This document shows, in pieces, positions 10,380 through 24,500 of a stretch of DNA of 64,000 nt; positions within the stretch are counted from its first letter, which is position 1; the number at the start of each line of letters is the position of its first letter. A program made the position numbers and the translations under genes. Below the pieces are notes generated by a model. It was not told where the DNA came from. It saw nothing but the letters and a program-made list of their open reading frames with translations, and ran no database searches. The DNA is from Haplodiscus bocki. Lineage: Eukaryota. The stretch is from NCBI GenBank assembly GCA_965655095.1, contig OZ296648.1, positions 157,480,001-157,544,000 of the forward strand, written 5' to 3'.

Positions 10380-13300
10380 TTTTTTCCGGTTCAACAGGAG
10401 AATGTTCTAGACTATACTCTGGCGGAAAAATTTTTCAGAGAGTTTCTGGCCTTCATGGTTTCTTCAATCGAAACATTTCGACGGTTTGCGATTTTACCTA
10501 CGTTCATAGTACCTCTAGATTGAAAACTGCATCTGTGTTGCCCTTCAGACCTGTTCCATGACCCCAATTAAAACTGTACTAACTTTTTAACGTGAACAGT
10601 GTTTTAAGTTTCAAGAGTGTTCGAAATATTGGTTAACAACTCTAATTTTCCTTACTGGTTTTTCGATTTCTACAATCAATCTGAGGTTTTTCGATCCTAA
10701 TCTTTCTTCCTCCTTGTGTCCTAGGTAACAGCAGGAGCATAACGGAAGCAGTATCTTTTTTAATTCAGTAAAAATTCTGTTGAAATTTTCTCCTACCTCC
10801 GAGAAAACTCTTCATGGTTCCTTTCAAGGAAGCAACGTAAAAAGTTGGAACATTTTTCACTAACTTTGTTGGTTTGCACATCCAGTACCTCAAAAAATGC
10901 TTCATTACTGTGTGAACTGCATGACTAAGGTCTAATGATACCTTACCGCTTCCAACTGACTACCGGAAACAGCAAAAAAAATCCGACACCAGCAATTTTG
11001 CCCGGAAATGGAACACTTTTTCGACAAAACATCGAACCTTTACACAACTTTTGTCTTCGTAATCTACTTTGTTTGAACCATTCAACAAATTTGCGCCCTT
11101 ACTTCAACGAAAATTTTTTTCAGGCTGGATGAAAACTAGTTTTCGAGTCTTCGACAGTTAAAACTTTGCAAAAAGAAATTCAGCCGAAAGGCGTCAAATA
11201 TAAGGTTGTTTTTTGCAATTCACCTCTTTCTCTTCTAATACTATTCAATTGCACGATCAAAACCTTCCGAAACGTAAAATTGCTTGTTGAGAAATAGTGG
11301 ATTTTTCCCAAAACTCTTGATGCAGGGCAAATTCTTTGTCGGTCAGCTGAAACCTCTGTAAATTCTATGTTTTAACCATACTATAAAAAAGATACGCGAA
11401 GCTGAAAATTGTCAAGTATCATGTCATTGTGATTTGTTACGATAGGTTTTTCTACGGACTAAAGAAATTCCATCACCATGGTTTCGAATCAATCCTTTCT
11501 TTGGAAGTGTTCTTCCGAGAAAATCGTTTTCATGGTTTCATTGGTCGAAACGTTTCGAAACCCAAAAATTTGTTGGTTTCCAAGGTACTTTTAGCTTTAA
11601 TCAACATGCAGTGGGTCTTGTAGCCCCCACTGTTGTCTTTTTGCATCAACGTTGACATGTTATTCTGCTTCAAGTTGAGCATTTGTTTACGTTCTGGAAA
11701 AACTGCGGAAAGTTAGTTTTCCTCTCAATGGAATCCTCGACATATTTCAATTTAATAATTGTCATTTTTTTTGAAGTGCATCTCAACTAAATAACGGCAA
11801 CGTGGCGACGTTTTAATTTGTGAGGCAACACAAACTGTAATGGAAAATTAAAATTGTCTATAGGTTTTCAGAGAAGCACCCCAATTGATGTTTTCTGTCG
11901 AAGAGAAAGTGCGAAAATGAAAGCTCATCAATTTTAGTCCAACGCTTTCCTCAGCTTCTGCTGGTTTCCCCCATTTAAAGAGACAGCTTTAAAAACAGTA
12001 TCGAGTTGCATACAAGAAGTTCTGTGACACCCCATCTACTGGGAGCCCCTGGGTGATGGTCTTCGTGCCTAAGTTTCTTTCACTTTTGCGTGACACTTTT
12101 GAACGTCACCGAACTTTTGGAGTCTCATAACGTCTGATTGAAAGAATCACGAGATGGGTTCTTTATCAAGAAAGAGTTTGGGTTCAACCATACATTTTGA
12201 TTGTGCAAACACTTTTTCGAAAAAAAATTTCCGCTGCTGAGTCATTAACGTGAGTAACGTTCAAAATGTGGAAATTTTTCTCCCCTCAGAGTTTCTGTTC
12301 TTCAGAACCCTTTAAAGCAATACCTATTGGCCCCATTGACCTTCATCGAAAACAAATATTGACTGAAGGTCGTGGTTGATGATGCCAAAGCCTTTTGAAG
12401 AACGAAATTTTTTCGCTTCCGTGAGACTCGAGGAGTTATTTGAGAAACGCTGTTTCCCAGAAAGCAAGTCGTACCTTTTTTGGGATCCTGCCGAATGAAT
12501 GGCCCAGTAAGGTTTTGAAATCGTAAAAACAACAAGAATATTTCTTCTGACAATTTGTAGAATTTTTTTGGGTTTTTTCTTCAGCTGAGTTTTGGTGAAA
12601 AGTTTTTGGGAGAAAACGTTAAAATTCCGTCTTTTTCACATTAGTGCAAAAGAGTCCAAGCAAATCCAATTGAATCATTATCTGTTAGAAAAAAACTTGA
12701 ACACCAATGCATGATATCATAGATGATAGAGATTTTTCGTGTTTTTTTCCGCACTTCTCTTTTTAGAATAACTCGTGTGAAAAACAATTTTGGTTTTCTT
12801 TGCTTTCCTAAAACCACGTGTATTCCTCAAGTACACCTCAAAAAAGTGCCTCGCAGTCCTCAGAAGAGTGCATAAAAGTGATTTATGCAGTATTCATTCT
12901 GTTTTAGTTACTATCCAGAAAGGCTATATACTTTCCGACAGCTATAAAAATGGCCAAAATCATGTTTCCGGTTAAAAGAATGAGTTCCTACCCAAAAAGT
13001 TTTTCGTGGCGTGCATATTTCCAAGCACAGTATTACGTGACTTCCATTAACTAATAAAAAACAATTTGTTGTGAATGCTCTGTCTCTGGTGACTGTCCCA
13101 AGAGTTGAATATTTCCGCAAAACAATCATTTCTGCCAAAAATCGTCTTAAAAAGAACTTTGTCATGAGAGTCACCCAATTCTCTTACCAACTGTACTCTT
13201 CAGAGTAAAGACAGAATCTGAGCCAAACTACAGAAGCATGCTCTTAACAGGCTGCTCTCTTCGATTTAACGTCATGTAGGGGCAGTTTTATCCGGCCACC

Positions 13301-14600
13301 GAGTTTTAGGCAAAGTACAAGTTACCTTAGATCGCTTGCCTTATACCTACATCCAATGTTTTAGAGGTGTCGTCACCTTGTCAGATAAAATTTCCGACCA
13401 TTTTTGGTGACAAATTCAAATTGCAACATTATATGGTCGCTGGAAAAACAACACTTATCTAATTTGATAATTTGCTGAAAGTTTTCCGACTTCTTTTGTC
13501 GAAGTTTTCGCCAAAAATTTGGAAAAATTTGTGTTTCTGCGGCTTTCGTTGATTTCAGAGGGATCCACATGGATTCACTCGATTTATGATCTGCTGGACT
13601 GAGCCTTCAAATAGCACTACCTTTTAGGACTTTTCAAAGAATGTATTCCGTTGTTTTTAGCGTATATGAAAAAAACACTTGAAAAAGGTTTATCTCATTT
13701 TATGGGACTTAACTTCCGTGAATCTCTTGTATACCTTGACTGCGCCCGCAGAATGCTACATCTTACAAATTACGGACACCTTCACCGATTTTGGTATGTT
13801 GCTAAAACGGAAATAACTTTCGTTTTTCGTTTTAGCGGTTTCTATTCGAGATTTTCAAGATGAAAAATTTGAGGGTTATTGTTTCTGTCAGAAATATTTT
13901 GTTTACTTCGACTCACCGTTTGGAGGGAGGCTGCATTTGGTAAGCTTCAAAAGTTCTCAATTCGTAAAGCGCAGCTTCTTGACGCCCATGCGCAACCAAT
14001 GAATTTCTTTTGTTTTCTTTACTCAGCTGGATCAATAGACTCTTTGCTCAATCAAACAATCCTTTTGTGTAATTGTGTGATGGTTGCCGCTTTCGTAAAC
14101 GTAACGTTGCTGTGTACAACTCCATTGATGTTTCAAGATGAATGGTTATCTTTCTCATTAGGCTATGCAGCCACTTTTTGGATGTTTTTTAAAGAGATAG
14201 CAAATTCTACACAGTTACTATCAATAGCGGTTTCGGTGTTCGTTTGAAGTCGAGTAGTTGGGGATGCAGTGAATGTATTTGCAACCTGCAATCCCTCAGT
14301 CGACATTCAACGTCTTCCAGCGAATTTTTTAAATGTTTTATTTAATTCTTCTCGATTTTTAGAAAGCAATCTCTGGGTCAATCTCTTAGAAGTATCAAAC
14401 TCAGGTAATCCAGCTGTACTAGTGTCGGACAGTCTGCTGTTTCTTCAGAGATCCGAAACTTCATAGTTTACTCCTTTTTGGGTCCTCTGGAGCTATTTCA
14501 TCAACTTGTTCAATTTTAACGGATTCATGTTCAACTTTGTCTGATTCATATCCCTTCTTCCAAGTTTGCCCAGCAGTTTCTGAAAAGTTAGTGAAGAAGG
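10380..14600 (-). mobile_element. Degenerate BEL/Pao remnant (gag zinc-knuckle region, protease, RT, RNase H)
   Basis: Minus strand gives DHHPG...VCN..(F)KAVSLN at ~11960-12065 (cf. PHHPV..KVR.V.NAA..F.G.SLN), GGYKT at ~11615-11630 (GGFxLTK), GLIRNHGDGISLVRR at ~11450-11495 (GLxWNxxxDxLxVxR) followed by TIFSFA, and WGHG..SRG near 10510-10565. Confidence 0.5.
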
Positions 14601-15760
14601 AGAATTGGGGTGGAATTCTTTGTGATTAATCTGTAATGCAATTATGAAGTTTGATGTTTTGATACAATTTTTTTTGCGGTTATTGTGCGATCACAACCAC
14701 CCAATCTCTCACTAGTTCAGAATGTAGCCTTTGTATACTTTGGGATACAAGAGTTTGAATGAGCGAAAACGTCTTTGAAACTTCTGGGTACACTTATTCT
14801 CCTCTTTCATGTTTCAATGGCGCATCGTCATGACGTTAAGAATGCGTCATATTGATGTTGTTTCAGGAATAACTTCGCTTGTTATGATCTGGATAGATGG
14901 TTTTTGATGGCGTCATATTTTTTATATTCACATATTGCTTGACATATGTGAATATACATCGCCACATTTTGTAACACGTATGAAGGTACAACTTTCATTT
15001 CAGTAAGGTAAAATAGTACCTGCTATAGCAATCATAGAATGTGTGACCTAAGGTTCAAAATCGAATGTAATGGTCTTATTAAACTATACCAAATTTGAGT
15101 TATGGACAACTCTATCTCGGTAACAGTTGTCTCTAGCTTAAATCATTAAGATTACAGAAATCTTTGGTGTACGTAGTTTGGCACATTTACATTGAAAACA
15201 AGCATGATTGACGTAATGTAGCTTTGGTAATTGACAGTTTTTACTTTTTGCGCTCAGTTACTACTATCTTTTGTAATGTACAAGTTTTCTTACTCCTAAT
15301 TTTGGCTAGCGGAAAGAAAACATTTTACATGAGCTCATTGGCAACATGTAAATAACATATATGGTATTATTATGGTCTAAGTTCACTTGACCGTCTGTCA
15401 GTTATTATTTTCCACCATATCTAAAAATATGGAAGGAAAAAATTCCTCTGAAATGGAACGCTTCTTTTTTTACCCGATGTTTGCCAATTGCGCTCACGAT
15501 GTTCGTTCACGTTTCTGATCGTGAATTTTTTCCACCAATTGTAGCACTTTAGCGGTAGAATGCGACTGAAATACTCAGATTTCTCAAAATGAAAATTTTG
15601 TTTTTTTTTGGGAAAAATAGGTGTTTTTTTCCGAAAAAGCCTTGAATTTTTTCAAAATCGCTAAATGAAAAACGTTTTTTCTTGAATGCGTCTGAAAGAG
15701 TGTTATTTCGTTAGAGTATTTTTCCACCTTTGAATTCTGTTCCCGGCCTGAAAATATTCC

Positions 15761-15886
15761 AAATCAACACAAAAATTGGCAAAGTGGCAAGAGAACAAAA
15801 AATACATTTAGCAAAATTGATCAACAAAACATTTGAAGTGATAGCAATATCATCAAAGTTATTTGATCGAGAGTCTAAAAGTATCT
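15761..15886 (+). repeat. Dispersed repeat copy A (diverged direct copy at 18810-18940)
   Basis: aaatcaacacaaaaattggcaaagtggcaagagaacaaaaaatac...acatttgaagtgatagcaa...gatcgagagtctaaaagtatct aligns by eye with aaatcaatgcaaaaaaagtcggcaaactggcaaacgaacaaaaatgc...acatttgaatcaatagcaa...tatcgaaaacctaaatgcatct. Confidence 0.75.
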
Positions 15887-16204
15887 AAAAGTATTTGGGA
15901 TCTTATGTATTGAAGATCCTGTACGCTTTGGCGGGAGTCGTACACCGAACCTTCGAATCTTAGACCGACAAGTACCTGTAGACCGTCTGTCCTTGTAAAA
16001 TCACAATTTTCTCTGGTTTATATTTTGCTTTGCAACAATCATGGGCCCAAAAAATTTGAATCTTTTCTCAGAAAACAGACAAAAATAAATGTGTTTTCAA
16101 ACGCTTTCCCAGTAGCATTCACATAATCAGATCAGCCAGATAAAGCAGTTTTGAGCAACGATGGCAAAGGATCAATGTAAAAATCTACGACCTTTCAGGG
16201 ATGA

Positions 16205-18745
16205 CAAAAATGCAAGTCTTGCAGCTGGACGTATCAGGTTTCCGGACATCGTCCTAAATTCGGCGAATCAAGCAATGTTGTCAGTACAGTGTTTTTCTTT
16301 TAACAACGCGGGCAATCGGGTAGTGTCCTTTTGAAAAAGTAGGTTCGACAGTTCGGACAAGACAACTAGTTTTCGGATCTCGATCTGCCGGAGAGGACCA
16401 TTGGGATCAACGATTCGGAGCGGCGACGTACTTTTTGAGTCATCGAATCCAGATGGCGTCGGAGTACGCATGCGCGTGTGTGTAACACATTCTTTCAAGG
16501 CATCCAAAGCTGTCACGTCGGCTCTTGCTGCAAGTATTCGACGAGCGTTTAGATTTTATTCAACTAGACAAGGTGTAGACTTCAGAATTTTCTCGGGCAG
16601 TCTTTTAATTCCAATATTAGGGCGCGAAACATGCCCAAAACTCCTCACCCGTTGTACTGAAATCCACTCGTTTTGTGGCGTTCTCGGTAGGTTCATTTTC
16701 TACCTGATAGACAATTCAACCAACTTTTGAGTCGAAATTTGCTGACTCCGATTGAGGATGTCGTTGAACATTTTCTTTTCACTGGCATTAAAAGTTGTCC
16801 CTTCATCGGACCAAATGACGGATGGAACGCATCGCTTGGAGACAAACTTCTCAAGCATCATTACACAACTACGTGTTTTTTGAAGGTGCTACTTCAAAAT
16901 GGACTGCGATAGTAGTTGAGCAAGTGACGATTAATCCGCATTTTTTTCTCAGTTGAACGTTTCACAGGCACATAAACCGACCCAATGTAATCAAGGTCAG
17001 TGTTCGTAAAGGGAAAGTATCCGAAAGCCAGGCGCTCTTGAGCATTGCAGCTTTGCGGTTTTGGCAAGTGACGCTCGTAGACTGAATTGAACTGAAAAGT
17101 AGTTCTGAGATATAGAATGACGAATTGCTGTTATATCAAGGCCCTCAGGAGCTGAACATTTTGGTGGCAGTGCTTGTTGTGTACTTTTTGCAATTCTGAT
17201 TGGACTAAAGGATGACCACTCTCAAATAGAGTAGGATGTTTCACATTTAAAAATGCGAATTCAAACTGTTTGGTATGTCCAATTGCACAATGTAGTTCAT
17301 TGGGACCAAAACAGAGAAAAAGCTAACAACACTGAAGCCCTGTTGAATGGGACTACTTCAGCCAATTCTTTTTTTCGGCAAAGAGCTATTTGGTTTTTAC
17401 AAGACCAAACAGTCTGGCCTCATCTTCTAAGAGCTCGTGTGGGTTGGTTACAGACAGATTTTTGGTTCAGTTACCTCTGAATTTTGGCAAAGTGCGTAGA
17501 ACATACGCCACAATGTGCAAAAGATTCTCGTAAGAGCTGTACTTTTGCCATTTCACAAACCATGCATTGGTGGTGACATGTGTTGAAAGTGCCGTCACCT
17601 TATGGTTCTCCTCCTCTAACATTTCGGTTCCGGGTTCAAAATTCCTTAATTTCATCATCGTATTCACATCAGTACAAAAAAAAACGGCCAGATAGAACAT
17701 CTCATGTCAAAACCTCACAACCAGCGGTCCGTGAACAGACAAGTGGCAGCAAATCCACAAGTTCCGGCATCTGCACTGCAGGGTTATCGGCCGTCGGTAC
17801 ATATTTACAGTCGCCAACTGTTGTCAAATCTAGAATTTCAATCACTTGGTTGCCGACAACAACAAGTTGTGTTTCGGGCGAGGGCAACCTTTATAGTAAG
17901 GTTGTACAGTCAGTCCACATAATGCATTTTTCATATCTTAGTGAGAAAGCACGTTGCATTCTCTGTCGCAGTCGGGATGCCAACAAAGCAGCTCTTGCTC
18001 CATTTTCGGATAGTCCCTTTTCATAGTTGGATGCCGCTCTTTTCCGAAGACAAAGGACCTTTTGGTTATATCGGTTCCTTTGGTTAAAAATGGGCTTCAT
18101 AGAAAAACTTCCGCACTGAAGCTGTCTTGCCGGTTGTCAGCAAATAAAAGTAAATCCAAATTTCCCACACTTTCTGTGAAGTAGCTTCTCAGAAGTTCAA
18201 CTTTACTCAAACGCGGCGATTTTCAGTTGCATTCCATTGGGTAACAATGGCCTCGGGTAAATTTTTGCGTTCTCTTGTTGTCGATCAATCTTCAGATGTC
18301 CTGCATTGGGAGACGGGCTTTCACGGTGTACGAACGGACGAGGCCAACGGGGTTGTACAAGGACGAGACAAAACAAGGGACTTTCCGCTGGTAATGGATT
18401 CTCCCAAGTCTGATCCTGTACCGCTACTAATAACTGGAGTGTAAGCTCGTTGATTTCAGTTTAGAACTCTAAGACATGGGAGAAATCTGTGTTGGCCTAT
18501 AGCATTTTAACATCCCTTTCGAGCATCTGCAGTCAAGTTGAAACTGAGACGGAATGCTTGGTATTTTTGTCACAATTTTGATTCGTGTAAGTCTCCTAAA
18601 GGGAGTAGTTTCACGGAATTTTGGGTTCTTCCGGTTGCCTGTTCAACAGTTTTACTAGACTTCAAAGAGACTTCATGTATAAACTGCTGCGGACAGTTTC
18701 TATAGTTTCTGGAAACTCACTCTGGTTCCTCGTGGTAGTTTAACC
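16205..18745 (-). mobile_element. Degenerate BEL/Pao pol remnant (RT C-terminus, RNase H/peptidase A17 region, integrase, C-terminal domain)
   Basis: Colinear motifs: SEFPETIETVRSSLYM; SSLYNPVGLVRSYTVKARL; AALLASRLRQ..IMWTDCTT; KYVPTADNPA; WQKYSSYENLLHIVAYVLR; ERLAFGYFPFTNTDLDYIG; AVHFEVAPS..EKFVSKRCVPSVIWSDEGTTF; LVE*NLNARR..ALDAL; AHAYSDAIWIR*LKKY; GHYPIARVVK..SGNLIRPAARLA. Confidence 0.85.
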
Positions 18746-18809
18746 AAGGAAAGTTCTGAAAACTTTTTCTCTCCTCGTATGCACTCGTTTTTTCGCTTGA
18801 ATAACATTT

Positions 18810-18940
18810 AAATCAATGCAAAAAAAGTCGGCAAACTGGCAAACGAACAAAAATGCAATATACAAAGTTTTGTAACGAATACATTTGAATCAATAGCAAG
18901 ACATTTTCAACGTTTTTCTATCGAAAACCTAAATGCATCT
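18810..18940 (+). repeat. Dispersed repeat copy B (homologous to 15761-15886)
   Basis: By-eye alignment to copy A with shared blocks GGCAAA-TGGCAA, ACATTTGAA, ATAGCAA, ATCGA and CTAAA. Confidence 0.75.
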
Positions 18941-21559
18941 GAGATCGTAAGAAGTGAAAATAGTTTTGTCTGTAGCCTGATTGGTTTTCATTGCTTTGAA
19001 TCTCATATCAACACCGTACCTCTGAAGCATAGGTCTTTGTGAAACTACATGTTTCTTTTGTTTATTTATTGCTTCGCAACACTTTTTTTGATTTTTAGAG
19101 TCATTACTGTTTTTTTCCGGTTTAGGTGTGCCTTCCTTGTTAATTGGTAACTTTTCTTCGAATTACTTGGAAGAAGGAAATGTGTTCCAATTTGTTCTTC
19201 AGGGGTCACTAAACGACGAGCAATTTTAAAAACGGCACTTGGAAAAGAAGATCTTATCGAATTGAATGTGCTTGTTTTGCTGTACATTCATGAATCTTTC
19301 CATCATTCAACTTTTTGTCAGAAAAACAGCATACGTTTGTCAGTTTTTCTTGAATCACAGAGGCAGTCACATACAAAAGTTCGGAAGTATTGGGAAATTC
19401 CATGCCGGTTTGGCTTTATGGAATCAATGATCTGAATTTATGCTAGAAGGAGGCTAAAAGCAGGTTTGACGATAAATTCAACATTTTTTCGAAAATAAGA
19501 GTAAAAATTGAGAAGCCTCCAGCGAGTTTCAAAGCAGAACGACGGGAAATTCACAAACAGAAGATCCACCATCATCTCAGAAATCAGTTGCATTTTAATT
19601 AATATCCGATTATATGTAGACTTTTCCATTTTTAAAATCTCCAAAGTTTCCTCAAACTTTTTTTGTTTCCTTTGAGTTATATCATGTCTTCGTTTGATTG
19701 GAAGCTACACTCTGAACCTCAGTTTCATGAAAAAACGTTTCAACCTATTTTTACTACGAAAAATAGACAGTTATCGAGAAAAACTAAATTTTGACAAATT
19801 AACAAAACAAAAACAAAACCAAATTTTGAAACTCTGCGAGCCGAAGAAGAGACCTTTCAAATCCAACTAGATGCCAAAACGGGAGCGAGTAAAAATAGTG
19901 CAGGTTCCACTATGTTAACTGAGCTTAATTAAAAAAAAATGCTGTCAAGCACTCTGAGAACGAGTGGATGTTTGCTACTAGCTTTGTAAGGTCGATCAGG
20001 ACGTTTTTTCAACTCATAAGGTTTTACTAGCTCAGTCATAAACAGGATTGAAACTTCGACTACTTAAGTTCTGGTGGAAAAATTGCAGATCAGATAAAGT
20101 AGCAACCAATGCAAATGACCCGAAGTCTCACAGGCCTACGAAGGCGTAGAGAACAAGGGATCAACCACAACTATCTTTAATTCAAAGCTCGTCCTATTCT
20201 TTCAAACAGCGTTTCGCAAGTGTTTCCTTAAATTGATCCCGTGAAGGGGAAGGAAAATTGTACACTTTCGAACAAGGAACTAGCTTTTTGGACAAAGAAT
20301 GGTGGCCTTTCTTTTTACTTTCCTTGTTGTGCAAAAAATTTCTCCCGAGAATTTCGACTGTGAATGATCAGAAAATTTGAACACACCAAAAAAACAGAAC
20401 GTCCAACAGCGAATAAAACTATAGACGGAATTGATCGTTTGATATTGATCAGATCAAAGTAAAATTTAGATCCTACAGAAGCAAAAGTAGGTGACTTGCG
20501 TATACTGTTAAGCGAAAGCGGCAAAGAAACAGAACGAAAACATCCATGGAGAACCCAAAGTAAAAACAAGCGAACAAAGTGACCTGAGAGGAGATGGCAA
20601 GGAAAATTTCCAAAATTTCAAGGTTACACTTTTAAACATTTTTAGGCTGTTAAATTTTTGGACTGTTTTCGTTTGGTTCCAGCTTGGTGACATCTATCGC
20701 TGACTGAAGCAAGAAAGTAAAATCTCAAAAGGTTGCAGATAGACGTTGTTTTTACTGATTTTGTAGTCTTTTATTTCAATTTGTCAACTCTGGAGGCTTT
20801 TTCAGAAGTAAAAGAGTGAGCTGATCAGATGCGGGGATTTGGAAGTCCCTCCATTTTTTTGAAATGGACAATCGGCTAGAAAAGGCGAAAGGTTCGTAAA
20901 CTTGTTGTTCGAGAATGGGTGTCTGTTTCAGCTCCAATATAAATATTTGGGTGCAATCTGTTAACAGATGGTTTGGGTATTGTGGTAGTATTCGGCCCTT
21001 TTTATGCTGGCCGTTGATTGGCTCTCAAAGTTTTTTCAACGGCCGTGTATCAAAGTTGGGAGTGATTTTTGGTGATGAATAGGCACATATTAAAAGTTCT
21101 TGCAGTGAATAAAGATGTAAGAAGAACGAAATTTTGTTCTAATACTAATTGTAGGTAGTGTGAGATTTTTGTAGAGGAAAATGGCTCATCTAATGTATTT
21201 AATGCACTCTGTTCTGTAGGTTTTTGCTCCATTCCCACCTGCGCAAATGGTTTTATTGCCAGCGAATAAAGTTTACGCTTGTCATTAATTTCTACTCCTG
21301 CGGTTAGTTATTGCGCTTGCGGTTAAGTCTTACGCCTAAGAATACTTGTTCCGCTGAGGAAAAGTCAGATCTTATACTGCATGTCTGCAACGTTTTTCGG
21401 GAAAGTGTTCGACATCGCGTATCGTTTTTCTATTGTTCTGTATATTGATGTACTGGAAAAATCTTATAACAAGCAGTGGCGTTTGGTAAGTTGTTAACGA
21501 GGAGTTTTGATTTAGTGATAAAGTAAACATGGAGTTTTGTAGCTGATTCTCGGAACTGC

Positions 21560-24500
21560 AACACCTAATGTCAGCAAAAAACTTATAGAGTTAGATTTGA
21601 AAAATGGGTAGTTAGATTATTAAGAACAATCTTTTTATGTGAACTTAGTTGACAAAATGGCATTTAAGTTCTGTAGTTTTCTTGTCAATCTTGTCTCTTG
21701 AAAGTGTCGGATCCATTACTTCGCAGCATCCTTCATAGTAGCTTTCACTCGAAAAAATGAATGAAAACGGCCCTGCGTTAAATCACACGGTGAGGCCGGC
21801 CTTTAACGCCAAAGAGTTGCTGATTTTACATAATGGTTTCAGTGAACAAAGTTCAACAACCTCGTCTACAACTACAAATCTTTCAAAACTGGGAAAACTG
21901 GAAAAAAAAGCCTTTTTCGTGTTTTGTTGTGGGTTGTGACGATGAATCAGGGAATTTTTGCATTGTTGAAGTTGGTGCAAAAAGTTTTGAAATGGTAGAG
22001 TTAGGGTTTATTCGAAAGAGCAAAAAAGCATGAGAGCCAATTTGGGTTTTGATGTAATTATCTTGCTTAAGTTAATCAACTTTCTCGGGGGTCTTCAGCT
22101 CAATTCAAAATGGAACCTCAGTCAATGCAAACATTTTGCCAGAAAATGGTTGGGAACTAAAAATGATCAATAGCATGAGAAGAGATCCGGCATGAAAGGA
22201 ATACGTTGTTGAGTGTTATCCAATTAATTTGGAAATTAACCAAAAACAAAAACTGCTTCCATAAGTGAATAAGAGTGAAAATTACAACTAAGCAACCCTC
22301 CAACGACAACATAAAATTGGCTCTTGTTTTGTAGTTTTTGGAAGCGTTCAGTCACCGAAGAACAACATCTGGTCAAAAAGGCCTACAGTTACAAAACGAA
22401 AGCCGACAAACTAGGTCTCTGACAGTTACAACATATCCCTCAAGTTCTCCATGACCAGTAAAAAAAAATTTCTTTTTGAATTGCTGGAGAAGAATTTTGA
22501 ATAAACAGGAGCTATGGTTTCAGGAGGTTGAATATGCCGAACTTACTATAAAGTAGAACGAAATCTGTTGTCATTGATCAAATCAGCACAATCCAGACAC
22601 AAAATAGAACCCATTACGATTAAAAGTGCTTTGATTGCCTGAAAATAGGGTTCCACAGTTTATATTGGGATTAATTGTTCGAGACTATCTGACTGTTGTC
22701 AAAAAACAAACGGCATGATAGTTCAACAAACAATTGTGAGACCGGTAGAATTGCCAAAAAGCTTTTCTGGGAGGTTTTTGAAGGAGTGGATAATTCGAGC
22801 AGTAAAGAGTTTCATGTCATCATCTGTTTTTGTGTTCTTAAAAATTCCTCATCCTTGTCTGTGTGCCGCATTTCTCACCGCAAGAACACTCGTTCCAATT
22901 GAGTATTAGATCTGCAACGGATATTTTTGAACGCGACGTTAAGATTGTACTAAATTAACTGTAGTAAAAGAAAAGAAGAAATTGCGAGGTAAGCGTTACT
23001 CATACAATTATAATTTTTTGAAAAATGTGCAATTAGGTGAAAAGGGTTGGAGTTTGAAATTAAAAATGATTGTTTCAGAAATTTTGAAAAAAAAAGATTT
23101 TGATAAACGGACATGTTTCCTTATCCACCTGTTTTGTAATGTACCTTTCTGGAGGCACAAACAGTTTCAAACTCGAATATTGAAAGCTTTTAGAATAGTT
23201 TTTACTTGCAAACTAAATACCAAAAGAATCCAGTTTGTCAAACATTGTTTCTGAGGTTTGAGGTACGTTTCAGGCTGAGACGTTTTATATTCCTTGACTG
23301 CATAGGTTTAGATTTCTATCCAAATTGGGTTTTTTGTTGAATAGTGTGTCACAACAAATAACACAACAGGAAGATTGGTAGATTGGAAACGTGTTGCATC
23401 TGGAAAAACACATAGTAGTCCCGTGCTGTGGCACTTTCCCCATCTGAGGAAACTATGTTCACAAGGAAGATATTGGGTATTAGTAGTTCCTCAACCTTTG
23501 AATTATTGTTCATTGGGACGCATCGGAATTGAAGCCAAACATTGTATTCTTGAAAAAAATGAAAGTTTCTTCAGGTCTTCTTCCAAGGAATGGTTTCAGT
23601 GCAAAAGAAGAGCAAGAGCGAAAAAAAACACAAGCAGGCCTTAAAAGTCTCACTTCTGTTCTATGCGGAAGTGAAGCAACTGACTGCATGTGTCTTTACA
23701 ATTGGTTTGGGTAAGACAGCCTCCTTGTGACCCAGAGGTACTTGTTTGAGCAGAGGAGCAAACATAGTTAACTTTGTCAGCTTGAATAATCTCTACTCTG
23801 TGTTCATTCTTTCTCTAGTATACGTCTCAACGACGTCATTTGTGTTGACAAGAAACTCCTGTAGCTTTGTCAAGTCATCCTACGTGCACGCAACTTTCGA
23901 TCAATGCTCTGCAGGGTATTGTTTCCGTGTTTGTGAAAATAAATAAAACTCCCATATTCCTAATACTTCAAAAAGACACCTTTGTGCTACATTTACTTTT
24001 TCAGCACAAATCAAGCTGTTTTAAAAAGTCAGGTTTATCACGCCTGTTTCTTCATTGAGAATTTCCGTTGCAGAGTTGAACTTTTCATGTCTCTCTTTTT
24101 TCAAGCTCAATTAAAACGAGGCTCCGCTTAAATGAACGCATTTTTTTATTTCATATAAACGACTTGGTTGATGATATCCATGGAAGCAACTTTTTTTATC
24201 TCATTGGGAAAGACGTGTTGAAGAATTTGATGTTGTCTTGAAACAAAAAAAGCCCGGAATAGTTCTGTATCTTGGTGTACGATTAGACGGGATGTCAGGT
24301 TTTGAAGCACTGTGTTTCGGGGCTCCATGATGCTTCAGTTCATCCGGAAAGGTTGCTCTGATAGTTAGACTTTTTGTGAATTACAGAGGTCTTATTGAAA
24401 ATCTCATATTGTGACAAGCAAGATTAAATCCAATAGTTTGCGTTTCAGAGTGTTTATAAGCACCTTTGTTTTTCCGATTGAATGAAGGCATTTCAATGAA

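Noticed and set aside
15761-18940. Direct repeats as the LTR pair of the Pao element
   Set aside because: No TG...CA ends, PBS or PPT are evident, and the RT is truncated right next to the upstream copy with no gag between.
19120-19600. Faint tyrosine-kinase-like fragments on the plus strand (LGV..EEGNV, EKPP)
   Set aside because: No HRD, DFG or APE motif is recoverable, so the similarity is too weak to call.
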